64,000 bases of DNA from an uncultured Solirubrobacteraceae bacterium (GCA_963793935.1 CAWCBZ010000005.1:75139-139138); one strand, 5' to 3'; positions 37,902-47,142 are shown, counted from the stretch's first letter. The notes: generated by a model from the letters alone, not told the origin. Program-made: numbers and translations.

Positions 37902-38009
37902 GCGACGCGCTTTTGTTGGGAGGCGTAGAGTTCGAGCGACCCGTTTTCACTCGACATCCGGAATAGCTCTTACCGCGGCCGACCGTACCTTGCTGAGAGG
38001 ATTCTGAAA

Positions 38010-38615
38010 ATGCCTTCATCGCCGGCTCCCGCACCTGCACCTCCACCGGCCTTTGCGTGGGATGGGCTCGGCCAGTTCAAGGCAGGAGGCCGATTTCTCG
38101 ATGGCTATCCCTCAGACGTGCGCACCTTCTACTCGCCGGTGGACAACGTCCATCAAGTGCTCGTCTCGCTGCTGGCATCGACGCAGAAGTCGATCGTGCT
38201 GAACATGTACGGCTACGACGACTCAGACCTCAACGACATCATTCTCGAAAAGCTCGAAGACGACCATGTGTATGTGCAGATGAGCCTGGACAAGTCTCAG
38301 GCGAGCGGGAAACGTGAGCGGAGCTTGCTGGCGAAGTGGAAGAACGACGCCGCCGGCAACTCGATCGCGATCGGGCACTCGAGCAAAGGCGCGATCTCGC
38401 ACATGAAGATTCTGATCGTCGATGGCGTTTACACGGTGCGCGGATCGACCAACTGGTCGCTCGGTGGCGAGCAGGATCAGGACAACGAGCTGACGATCCA
38501 CAACAACGCCGTCATCGCCGCCGAGACGCGAGCGGAGCTCGACCGCAATCATGACGAAATGCTCAAGCAGATGGCCAAGGCCAGGTCGACTGGCCCCCCG
38601 GCGGGGAAACAATGA
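38010..38615 (+). CDS. Phospholipase D-like (single HKD) domain protein, Nuc-like
   Basis: HKD motif SHMKILIVDG....GSTNWS. One PLD domain of approx. 170 aa, implying a homodimeric Nuc/BfiI-type fold. Lower GC than flanks. Stop overlaps the next gene's ATG. Confidence 0.65.
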   Translation: MPSSPAPAPAPPPAFAWDGLGQFKAGGRFLDGYPSDVRTFYSPVDNVHQVLVSLLASTQKSIVLNMYGYDDSDLNDIILEKLEDDHVYVQMSLDKSQASGKRERSLLAKWKNDAAGNSIAIGHSSKGAISHMKILIVDGVYTVRGSTNWSLGGEQDQDNELTIHNNAVIAAETRAELDRNHDEMLKQMAKARSTGPPAGKQ

Positions 38616-40098
38616 GCGGCGAGCCTGACCTGTCACTCAAGCGACTGAACGACATCAAGCACATCGTCGTGCTGATGATGGAGAACCGATCCTTCGACCA
38701 GATGCTCGGCTATCTCAAGCGGGACGGAATGCCCGACGTGCGCGGGCTCGACGGCACGGAGTCGAACCCCGACGCGCAAGATACGGAGCACGCGGTGTTC
38801 GAATGGAGCGCCGAAGACACGGTGTTCCACCCCCTGCAAGATCCGACCGGCAAGATCCTCGACCCCTGCCATTCCAAGGGATGCGTCGCCGAGCAGCTGG
38901 CCGATGGCAACCGCGGCTTCATCAAGAACTTCATCGCGACGCGCACGGACAAGGACGGAAACGCGGTGAGCATCCCCGAGGAGTACCACGCCCTGCCGAT
39001 GGGCCACTACGGGTCACAGCACCTTCCGATGTATGACTTCCTCGCGCGCAACTACACCGTCTGCGACGCCTGGCACAGCTCGGTCCCAGGCGACACTTGG
39101 CCGAATCGGCTCTTCGCGCTCGCCGGTCGCGAGGGGCCCAAGGCGCTTGCGCCGCTGATGGAGCGCATCAAGGAGGAGTTCAAACACGAATTGCACCTGC
39201 TGCAGAACGCACCGATCTACGACGTCGCGACCTTTCCCGACACCTGGCTGCCGACCAGTGGCGCTGGTACTCCCATGATCCCGCGACCCTGCGCGCAGCC
39301 GACGATCGCTATCGCCAGTTCGGCGAGCGCGGGAACTTCGCGTTCTTCGACCGACGGGCGGTAAGCATTCTCACGGAACTGCTGGAGAGCCCGATCGTCA
39401 GCCCCGACAGCTTCCTCGACGACGCGGCCAGCGGCAGGCTGCGCGAGGTCTCGTGGATCGATCCCAATTTCATCGACCTGAAAGTCCTCGAGACGGACTC
39501 CAACGACGACCACCCACCCTCGGACGTACGTGCCGGGCAATCGCTGGTCTTGGAGGTCTATGAGGCGCTGAGGAACAGTCGCGATTGGCAGGACACGCTG
39601 CTGGCGATCGTCTATGACGAGCACGGTGGGTTCTACGACCACGTCGCGCCGCCGGCGCTGGGGTTCGAGGACAGCTCCGGTTATCAGACCTTCGGCGTGC
39701 GCGTGCCCGCCCTGCTGGTAGGGCCACGCGTGCCAGCAGGTGTCTGTCACACGCAGTTCGATCACACGAGCCTGATCAAGACGATCTTGCTGCGCTTTGC
39801 CGAGCAGCCCCAGGAGGCGATCGCCCAGATGGGTGCACGCGTCGCGCATGCCGAGCATCTCGGCGTTGTGCTGGGCGACGAGCCGCGTGCGGCGATCCCT
39901 GACAACGAGGACGCTCGCAGCGCGATCAGCGAATGGCGGGCGAGGACCAAGGCGGCGAGGCGAGGCACGCCGCCCGATCAGAACCCGTTGGCGTGGGACG
40001 GGGCCGGCGGCGCCGTCGGCCTGCACGAGTTCCAGGAAGACTTTGCTCGGTTTGCACTTTCGATGCGCAGGGCGGGGCTTCCCTATGGAGAGCCTTGA
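38612..40098 (+). pseudogene. Phosphoesterase family protein (non-haemolytic phospholipase C / acid phosphatase, PF04185-like) with one frameshift near 39250
   Basis: HIVVLMMENRSFDQMLG, PNRLFALAG (frame 1) and then WIDPNFID..DDHPPSDVRAGQ, IVYDEHGGFYDHV, GVRVPALLVGP (frame 2). Total approx. 495 aa, as expected for the family. Confidence 0.65.
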
Positions 40099-40120
40099 TC
40101 CCGCGTAAGCGCTGTCAGCA

Positions 40121-40531
40121 CTAAGCCCCTTTCTTGGGGTCGCCTCCGATCTGCTCAGCGGCTCTCGACGCTGCCTGCTGGGCGTCGTCTTGCTTGTCTC
40201 CGGGAACGAACGCCTGAACAGCGGCGAGCTTGGCGTGCGCTTCACTGGCGTCTTGCGCGAGACCCTTGCTTTGATCGGTGCCGATCTTGATGCCGAGGTA
40301 GGCGCCAACCACAGCCGAGATCACGCCGAAAGCAGCAGTCGTCAACGGGATCATCGTGTTGGCGTCCTTGCCACTGTCGATGAAGGCCATCGTCGAGATC
40401 GCGAGCGCCGTGATCGCGAACACGCCGAACAGCACCGCGACCAGGCCGCCGACGCTTTGGATGCTCTCGGCCGTTGGCAAGACTTTGTTATCTCCCGATC
40501 CGGCCTGGTGCTGCCCCACTTGAGTCGCCAT
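40121..40531 (-). CDS. Hypothetical small membrane protein
   Basis: Two hydrophobic helices flanked by charged regions. No homology recognised. Confidence 0.35.
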   Translation of the reverse strand: MATQVGQHQAGSGDNKVLPTAESIQSVGGLVAVLFGVFAITALAISTMAFIDSGKDANTMIPLTTAAFGVISAVVGAYLGIKIGTDQSKGLAQDASEAHAKLAAVQAFVPGDKQDDAQQAASRAAEQIGGDPKKGA

Positions 40532-40740
40532 CCGAGTCCTCCCTTGCGCGCAGTTTGCGCATATTGGGGAAACGTTCGACTGAGCTTACTCATTCCGACT
40601 GAGCGGCGGATTCTGCCAGCTCGGTATATCGGCTGGTCGGTTTGTGTGAGACGCTGTTAAGCAGTTACCGACACGGCTCGTCGAGTGTCGACTAGGCGGC
40701 GTTCGCTTCTGGGATCTCGACCTGCTCAAGCCATTCCGGC

Positions 40741-40823
40741 CTAGCAAAGCTTCAGGGAGGGCGAAGTGCGCCAGCTTTTGCGTGCGTGCTTGCGCGGCGC
40801 CGACGTCTACTGCGGCACTGAGG
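40741..40823. repeat. Direct repeat copy A (approx. 85 bp, about 88% identical to 41478-41562)
   Basis: ctagcaaagcttcagggagggcgaagtgcgccagc...ggcgccgacgtctactgcggcactgagg recurs 737 bp downstream with a few substitutions/indels. Confidence 0.7.
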
Positions 40824-41090
40824 CAGCGGGCCTGCCGGGGGCGGCTCAAGCGCCACCTCTACTCAGAGAGCAATCCGAGGTCGCGTCTGGGGCACGCAGC
40901 CTCAGTTCAAGTGGTCGCTATCACGGTGCGGGGTCTCCGTCGTCACCATCCGGCTCGTCTCCGATCCGACCATAAGGTCCAATGCGGAACGCTGGATCGT
41001 TGGGTCCACTCGGCGGCCCGCCCCCGCCCCGCGTCATGTAGAAGCCGATGACAACTACCACGACGACCGCTATGCCGATGATCGCGTCTT

Positions 41091-41374
41091 TTATCGCCAC
41101 CAAGTTTTGCGCATCCGTCGGCCGACAGGTTTTTCAGGCACGTTGACGAGGCGCTCGTTGAAGGTCCAGCGCAGGCCTTCAGCCGTGCCGACGTAAAGAC
41201 CCGGCTTGCCGTAGAGCAGGCGCTTGTGTTCGAGCAGGCCGTCGCGAACCAGCAGCGATAGGCAGGCGTAGGCCCAGTTGCGGCCCATGCCAAGCGGAAC
41301 ATCACGTGCTCGGCAGAGGCAGCTCCGATCCGTACCAGCCAGCTGACGATCTGGGCATCGCGGTCTGTTTGCAT
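41091..41374 (-). pseudogene. Remnant of a winged-helix DNA-binding protein gene (two frames)
   Basis: MQTDRDAQIVSWLVRIGAASAEHVMFRL (one frame) followed by ...AYACLSLLVRDGLLEHKRLLYGKPGLYVGTAEGLRW (another frame) together look like a wHTH/MarR-type recognition domain split by a frameshift. Low GC. Confidence 0.3.
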
Positions 41375-41477
41375 GGCGCCTCCTTGCGGCGATCGACTTG
41401 AGTACTTCCGACTAGATGTCGATCAGAGGCAGCTATAGACCCCCTGACAATTTCGAGCTAGCGCAAGCCAACCGCAG

Positions 41478-41562
41478 CTAGCAAGGCTTCAGGGAGGGCG
41501 CGAAGCGCGCCAGCTCTCACGTGCTTGCTTGCTCGGCGCCGACGTCTACTGCGGCACTGAGG
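41478..41562. repeat. Direct repeat copy B
   Basis: ctagcaaggcttcagggagggcgcgaagcgcgccagc...ggcgccgacgtctactgcggcactgagg. Indels break any common reading frame, so likely non-coding. Confidence 0.7.
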
Positions 41563-41665
41563 GGAGCAGAGATGCCGAGCGGGCTCAGGCGCTGCTGCCC
41601 CTAAGAGCTTGCTGTTGGCCCACCATGAGCCAGCGGGGTTGAGCTGAGTGCTTACATAGCCCCCG

Positions 41666-42331
41666 TTAAGGAGCCGTCACGGTGCGCGGACCGTCGCCTT
41701 CCAGCCAGTAAATGCGCCCAGGAACGGCAGCCAACGAGCGATAGTCGATCGTTGCAGAGCTCGCAACGTGCTGAGGATCGCGCGAGCCGGCACGGAGCTC
41801 GAAGACATCGTTGACGGTCGGGGTCGCTTCTGCACCGGCCGTGATCCAAGCCACTGTGCCCTTTGGGGTAAGCACCAGGTTCCTTACCCCGCCCTTGGGC
41901 GATGGAAACTGGCCAGCGGCCGCGCATTCCCGCGATTTTCCCTCCTGAACATTCACTCGGCAAACCTTCCAAACATCGACTGGAGAGGTCCCGCCGATCT
42001 CCAACGCGTAGGCCGCATAACGCCCTGCGACGCTCAAGTGGCTAAGGGTGACTTCAAGGTCGGGCCCCGGCATTTCATCGCCCAAGCGGGTGAATCTTCC
42101 CGATGGCCGCCACAAGGCGAACGTGCTCTGGTAGGGAATTTCCGCGACGTGGCGCTGTCGGGCTTGCACGACGCGCAATTGCTGCGTTTCGGCCAGGGTG
42201 CGACACCGATACTTCCGGCAGGAAGGCGCGACACGGCGCGCACTCGCTGCCGCGAGAGGCCACGCGAGCCCGAGCGGCACCACCAGCGCAACCGCCCCAA
42301 AGCGAAGCATTCGCAGGACGCTATAGCTCAC
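41666..42331 (-). CDS. Secreted hypothetical protein, translationally coupled to upstream giant gene
   Basis: Signal peptide MLRFGAVALVVPLGLAWPLAAASA. Start codon overlaps the stop of 42331-45954. No known domain. Confidence 0.5.
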   Translation of the reverse strand: MSYSVLRMLRFGAVALVVPLGLAWPLAAASARRVAPSCRKYRCRTLAETQQLRVVQARQRHVAEIPYQSTFALWRPSGRFTRLGDEMPGPDLEVTLSHLSVAGRYAAYALEIGGTSPVDVWKVCRVNVQEGKSRECAAAGQFPSPKGGVRNLVLTPKGTVAWITAGAEATPTVNDVFELRAGSRDPQHVASSATIDYRSLAAVPGRIYWLEGDGPRTVTAP

Positions 42332-45300
42332 TACGTCGTCTTGTGTCGATAAACATAAAAGATTGGCCTCGGCATATTACCGGGGTTGAGCAACCCTGAA
42401 TCTTGATGCCCACTCGACTTCGCTTCGCCTCTCATCTCGTAATAGTAGAAGCTAGTGATCTGACGGCTCTGACGCGTCAGCTGGTGCGCGCCATCCTCGA
42501 CATAGGCGTGCATGATCCGCAGTGCGTTCGTGCTGCTTGCAGCCGGCTTATTTACGTATTTGTTTGAGAAAATCACGCCTTGCTCGCTCAGCCAGATGTC
42601 TGGCAGCTTACGAGCTTTGGTCACTTTATCGATCTCCTTGCGGAATGCCTTAAAGCGACTCCACCATTTGCCTGGTTCCTTCCATTCCTTCGTGCCCGCG
42701 CGAAGGCCGTCCGTGTAGGTGTGCCAGGCCCACCGTGCTGCCTGCGGATGGCTCATCCCAAGCAGGTATTTATGGAAATATTTACCGCCCGTGGTCTTCC
42801 CATTGCCCGCTTCGGGCATCTTTGTATCAGAGAAGTCCCCGGCCGCCACGAGGCAGTTGTGGTTTTTCGGCGCACAGAGCGCGTCCAGCACCGCCCAGTA
42901 TTCTCCAGCTAGTTCAGCCTTTGTCAGTTCGCTCGTGGGTTGCGTGGGATTATTGGGCTCATTCCACGCGGTAAATAGGTTGACATTTTTCAAAACCGGG
43001 TTGGTCAAGAATTCAGTGACGGCCGTGGTGTATTCAGCGCGTTCCGGTGGAGTGCTGCAGCTCTTCGTCGCCGATTCCCCGACTTTTGAGTGCGCGATCC
43101 ACGACCCATCGCATCGCTCAAAGGAGATCAGCGGCTGACCGCCGCCTGGAAGTGCGCGGACTTTTTCCACCCATTTTTCGACGTCTTTGAGCTCTTGTTC
43201 TTGTGCCGTACCCCCATGGGTGCCCGCATATACGATGTCAAACGGCACAGTGCGGCGGACACGTTTCACATGAAGGCTTTTGAAAGTACCCTTGCCGAAA
43301 TATTCGAAATGCGTCCCTTCAATGACATGGTTGTTGTCTGAGATGCCGTACTGCGCCGGCGCTAGGTCCGGAATGCTTTTTGCCACCAGCGGCGCGAATG
43401 AGCCTTCTCCTTCTTCTTCTTCTTCTTCTAGGTTCGCTTCGTTTTCCGGTTCTGGATCTTCTTCGCCGCAGTATTCAGTGGGTACATAACACGCTCCTTC
43501 TGCAACTTCTTCCTGGGCTTCGAATTCCGAGGAGCCTTCTTCTGCTTCGTCAGCTGGTTCAGTGTCGCTCGTGATTTCGCCGAGCGCGTTGTAACAGTAC
43601 GTCGTCGATCCGCCTTCTTCGCCCGGTGCGTCCGCCACGACGGTCTGCCCTACATCAGTTTCGGGGTTGCAAGTCGGGCTGGCTGGCGCTTCATAGGCGT
43701 ATGAGGTGATTTCGTCTTCGCTGCCTGGCGTGCTGACCGTGCCATTGACGATGCGCCGCGTAGACGTTACGCGGTCACTTTCGTCGTAGGCGATGATATA
43801 GGTCCCGCTAGGGTCGACGATTTTGTTGAGCAGGTCTTCGCTGGTGTATCCGTATTTCGTTTCGTGGCTTTCTGGACCGGTGACGGTCGTCAAACGCGCC
43901 GAGCCGTCGTACGTATAGTTCCATTCTTCGCCGTGAGCCCCGTTGATTTTCGTCACGTAGCCTGAGAAGGGGTCACGAGTCAGCGTCAGTTCGTTGCCGT
44001 GTGTGTCGCTCAAGCCCGTCAGGTGTTCGTACGCGTATGAGAGAGAGATCGTGTTGCCTTCCCCGCTTGGATCAACGATCTGTTCGGGGAAGCCGTCGTT
44101 GTCATACTTCCAATCGGTTTCAGTTTCTGGGTAGGTGACGGTCCGCGTGCCATTTTCATGTTCGATCAGCGTCGGCGGTTCTTCGCCGGTTGTCGTGAAC
44201 GCTTTGTCTCCCGCGCTTGGCGCCCCATCGGCGGACGGGTTTCGGTCGTAACGGCGATCGGAGCCATCGGGCTGTTGGACGATCGCCGAGCCGTCCCATC
44301 CGGTGTGGTAGAGGATGCCGTCTTCACCTGTGCTCAGCCGCCAAAGGTGCATCGCGCCACCGGCGATCTGATCGTACTGGCTGTTGTAGTAGCGGACCAA
44401 TTCCGTTTCGTAACCTTCGGTTTCGTAGCGCATTTCGGGATCGTTCACAAAGAGGTTGCCGTTGACGACGTTGACGCCCATCGTCGCGCCGTAGCCGATT
44501 GAGTCTTCGATCAGCGTCTGGTCAGGCTGGCTACCGAGATGCGGCTCATAGAGCACTTCGACAAACGGTTCCGGTGTTTCTTCGGGGCTGTCGGTCTGCT
44601 CGAAGGCGTAGTAAGTCGGCGTCGTCTCATTAGCGGCCTTCAGTAGAACCCCGTGATTGGAGCTGGGATTTCTGATCCATTCTTCGACTTGCGGCGTGAA
44701 GCCCCAACTGACAAATTCTCCTTCGTTGGCAGGGCTGACGGTTTGTTGGCCGATGGGCGTCGAGCCAAAGTCGCCGCCGGCGCTGGACCAGGGGGTTTCG
44801 TAGGCCGACTGGTTCCACGTGACATAGTCGGTGAAGTCGTGCGATAGGGCGAAGGCCTGGATATCCAGGGGTTCTTCGCCGACGTGCCAGTCCTCCCATA
44901 GCGCGAGGCGCGAGCGAAGGACGTTGGCGTCCGTCGGAACGCACGTCATATCGAAGTGGGTGACAGTGCGCGCGACGTGTTGGGGCGATTCAGAGTCAGC
45001 GCCAATGAACAGCGGGCCGCCGCATTCCTGAGCGTTGGCCAAGTCTTGACTGATGATCGCGCAGTCTTCGCCTTCGGTGTAATAGACTTCAGGGTCGATC
45101 ACAACCGGAAAGACTCGCTTGGGGCTGCTCAGCCATGCCTTGTCGAGTACTAGAGAGAGAGTTGAGCCGTCGCTGCTCAATGTGTAGTGCACGGGACGGC
45201 TTGATCTAAAGGAACGGTTCGGCGAGGAGTCGGTGACGGTAGGAGGAGCCAGCCAGTACGCCCTCCGCCCCGCCGTGTTCGCGATGTCCACCCTTCCGCT

Positions 45301-45954
45301 GGGACGCAGCGTCGCATGAAGTCCGGGACTCAGAGAGAGCGCGTAGCGATACGTCGTCGGGGCCGCGCGGCTTGCCAAGGAGAGCGTCTCGCGGACGCTG
45401 TCGGGCGACGAGACGTAGGAGACGCTGACGCCCGGCAGAGCGCCGGCATAGGAGCGGCGGCTGCCCACCGCAGAACCTTCTGCCTTGCTGGCGCCTTCCA
45501 GTGCAAAGGAGAAACGCTGGCCGCTCGGCCCAACCTCGATCGGGCCGCTGCCCAGCGAGGCGGGCAGGCTGATCGGAACAGGGGTAGCGGCCGGGTGCCA
45601 CTTGCCGTCGGCCGAGCGTTGAAGGCGGTTTTCGATCGCATGCCAGACACCGTTGACCCGATAGTTGATCGGATGGGAATAGATGTGCTGAGAACGGGTT
45701 CCGTCGGCTAGCTGGTAGGTGTCTGAGGTAGCTGTCCTCAAGCTTGGGATCTCTCGCGGAGCCGCTTCGCCCTGCCGATCGGGGCGGGCTGCCGTCGCCG
45801 TGTTGCCCGAGGCTGGCAGCGCGCCGAAGGCCAGCAAGCCAAGCACCGCGCAGGCGAGCAGGTAAGCGGTCGGATGCAGGCGGCGGTCCGCGGGTCGCTC
45901 GACCTGCCGCCTCAAGCGACACCAACGCGCGCAACTACGCAGCGACGTACGCAT
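42331..45954 (-). CDS. Large secreted Rhs/WapA-like YD-repeat protein with C-terminal clan GH-A glycoside-hydrolase-like domain
   Basis: 1207 aa. N-terminal signal/TM. ENRLQR segment resembling the DNRLRE-domain N-terminus of Gram-positive Rhs proteins. YD repeats (YDRNPSADG, YTYDGSARLTTVTG, YGYTSEDLLNKIVDPSG, IAYDESDRVTS). Acidic (E)6 linker. C-terminal domain has FTAWNEPNN (acid/base) and IWLSEQG (nucleophile) spaced like a GH5-type TIM barrel. Codon usage is A/T-richer than the genome. Confidence 0.65.
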   Translation of the reverse strand: MRTSLRSCARWCRLRRQVERPADRRLHPTAYLLACAVLGLLAFGALPASGNTATAARPDRQGEAAPREIPSLRTATSDTYQLADGTRSQHIYSHPINYRVNGVWHAIENRLQRSADGKWHPAATPVPISLPASLGSGPIEVGPSGQRFSFALEGASKAEGSAVGSRRSYAGALPGVSVSYVSSPDSVRETLSLASRAAPTTYRYALSLSPGLHATLRPSGRVDIANTAGRRAYWLAPPTVTDSSPNRSFRSSRPVHYTLSSDGSTLSLVLDKAWLSSPKRVFPVVIDPEVYYTEGEDCAIISQDLANAQECGGPLFIGADSESPQHVARTVTHFDMTCVPTDANVLRSRLALWEDWHVGEEPLDIQAFALSHDFTDYVTWNQSAYETPWSSAGGDFGSTPIGQQTVSPANEGEFVSWGFTPQVEEWIRNPSSNHGVLLKAANETTPTYYAFEQTDSPEETPEPFVEVLYEPHLGSQPDQTLIEDSIGYGATMGVNVVNGNLFVNDPEMRYETEGYETELVRYYNSQYDQIAGGAMHLWRLSTGEDGILYHTGWDGSAIVQQPDGSDRRYDRNPSADGAPSAGDKAFTTTGEEPPTLIEHENGTRTVTYPETETDWKYDNDGFPEQIVDPSGEGNTISLSYAYEHLTGLSDTHGNELTLTRDPFSGYVTKINGAHGEEWNYTYDGSARLTTVTGPESHETKYGYTSEDLLNKIVDPSGTYIIAYDESDRVTSTRRIVNGTVSTPGSEDEITSYAYEAPASPTCNPETDVGQTVVADAPGEEGGSTTYCYNALGEITSDTEPADEAEEGSSEFEAQEEVAEGACYVPTEYCGEEDPEPENEANLEEEEEEGEGSFAPLVAKSIPDLAPAQYGISDNNHVIEGTHFEYFGKGTFKSLHVKRVRRTVPFDIVYAGTHGGTAQEQELKDVEKWVEKVRALPGGGQPLISFERCDGSWIAHSKVGESATKSCSTPPERAEYTTAVTEFLTNPVLKNVNLFTAWNEPNNPTQPTSELTKAELAGEYWAVLDALCAPKNHNCLVAAGDFSDTKMPEAGNGKTTGGKYFHKYLLGMSHPQAARWAWHTYTDGLRAGTKEWKEPGKWWSRFKAFRKEIDKVTKARKLPDIWLSEQGVIFSNKYVNKPAASSTNALRIMHAYVEDGAHQLTRQSRQITSFYYYEMRGEAKSSGHQDSGLLNPGNMPRPIFYVYRHKTT

Positions 45955-46280
45955 ACCCAGCCTCCCTCATAAGTGCGTGTGGAGCCGCAGCTCCTATGTC
46001 CCCCGGTGCTTCGCGGAGAGCCCTGTCCGAGCTAATGCGCAGGTCTATTGCAGATTCGCTTGCCTGTCAAGACCCAAATAACGGGACGTCGACATTCATA
46101 CGACGCGATGTCGATATTTGGGCTGCGCGCGCCAGGTTGAATGAGCGCGGAGCGGGTACACAGAAGTGGCACCCGGCCGAAGCACGGTCGCGCTAACGCA
46201 ACTGAGAGGCCATACCGGACAGGGCATGAGGCCTCCGGCTCGGCCGGGTGCCAGTGCAAAGCCTAACCGGCACTTCTTGA

Positions 46281-46355
46281 GGGTGAGCGACGGGACTTGA
46301 ACCCGCGACCGCCTGGACCACAACCAGGAGCTCTACCAACTGAGCTACGCCCACC
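46281..46355 (-). tRNA. tRNA-His (GTG)
   Basis: Reverse complement GGTGGGCGTAGCTCAGTTGGTAGAGCTCCTGGTTGTGGTCCAGGCGGTCGCGGGTTCAAGTCCCGTCGCTCACCC folds as a cloverleaf. Anticodon loop TTGTGGT, encoded G-1, T-loop GGTTCAAGTCC. Confidence 0.85.
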
Positions 46356-46383
46356 ACGGGCCCCGCAGTCTAGCGCCGGGCGC

Positions 46384-47124
46384 TCAGCCCCTGCGGGCGA
46401 TCTGCAACGCACCGACCACGCCGTCGCCCCAGCTATCGAGCGCGCGCAGCGCGGCCTCGACGCGATCCTCGGTCACGTCCTGCCAGGCTGTCGCGGCGCC
46501 CGGAGCATCTGCGTCGGCGCCCGGCGCGCCGCCCTCGCGAAGCACGACCAAACCGCGCCCGATCAGCGAGTGCACGGCCGCCTCGCCGAGCGCCAACGAC
46601 TCGGCCGCTGAGGCGTCGCCGAGCCGCTGCGCCGCCATGCGCCACGCCTGCGCCAGCGTGACCGGCGCGCCGTCGACGATGCCCAGCAGCTCCAGCGCGA
46701 GCGAGTCGGCGAGCAGCCGCGGGTCGGCCGCTGCGCCGCCGGTCGGCTGCGCCGCGGTTTCAGCAGCCCTGCCCTCCCCCTCCGCATCCGCGCCGCTCGC
46801 CGCGACGGGCGCATCCGTTGGAGCCGCAGCCTGCGCGCCCGCGCCCGCGCTCGTGCCCTGCCTGACGGCCGCGAGCACGCGCTCGGTGACGTTCTCGCTG
46901 CGCCGCTGCGCGTTGCGCCAGCCGCGGCCCATCGCCAGCTCGGGCATCGACAGCTTGGGGCCCTCGAGCACGGTGATGGTGGCTTCGTTGGAGTTCCACT
47001 TCTGTTCGCCCTCTTCGAACCACTCCTCTTTGACCCACGGCACGAGGATCGCGGCGACCTGCGCTTCGCTCTGGTTGAAGCGGCAGACCGTGTGCGGGAA
47101 CTTGCGCAGCTCGAGGTGATACAC
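46384..47124 (-). CDS. Hypothetical protein
   Basis: 246-aa ORF with good codon bias. N-terminal 80 aa non-repetitive (MYHLELRKFPHTVCRFNQSEAQVAAILVPWVKEEWFEEGEQKW), Ala-rich C-terminal half. No family recognised. Confidence 0.45.
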   Translation of the reverse strand: MYHLELRKFPHTVCRFNQSEAQVAAILVPWVKEEWFEEGEQKWNSNEATITVLEGPKLSMPELAMGRGWRNAQRRSENVTERVLAAVRQGTSAGAGAQAAAPTDAPVAASGADAEGEGRAAETAAQPTGGAAADPRLLADSLALELLGIVDGAPVTLAQAWRMAAQRLGDASAAESLALGEAAVHSLIGRGLVVLREGGAPGADADAPGAATAWQDVTEDRVEAALRALDSWGDGVVGALQIARRG

Positions 47125-47142
47125 GCGCCAAAGGCTCGCACG

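Noticed and set aside
43380-43440. Possible CRISPR-like or coding repeat array near the (TTC)n tract
   Set aside because: It is a single short trinucleotide microsatellite inside a CDS. No spacer-repeat periodicity and no cas genes anywhere in the window.
46080-46260. Inverted repeats between the giant gene and tRNA-His (tcgacat...atgtcga; ccggctcggccgg) as an att site or integrase-binding arm
   Set aside because: Short (5-7 bp) stems of the kind expected by chance in about 300 bp. No flanking direct repeat of the tRNA 3' end could be identified by eye. Kept only as context for the island hypothesis.
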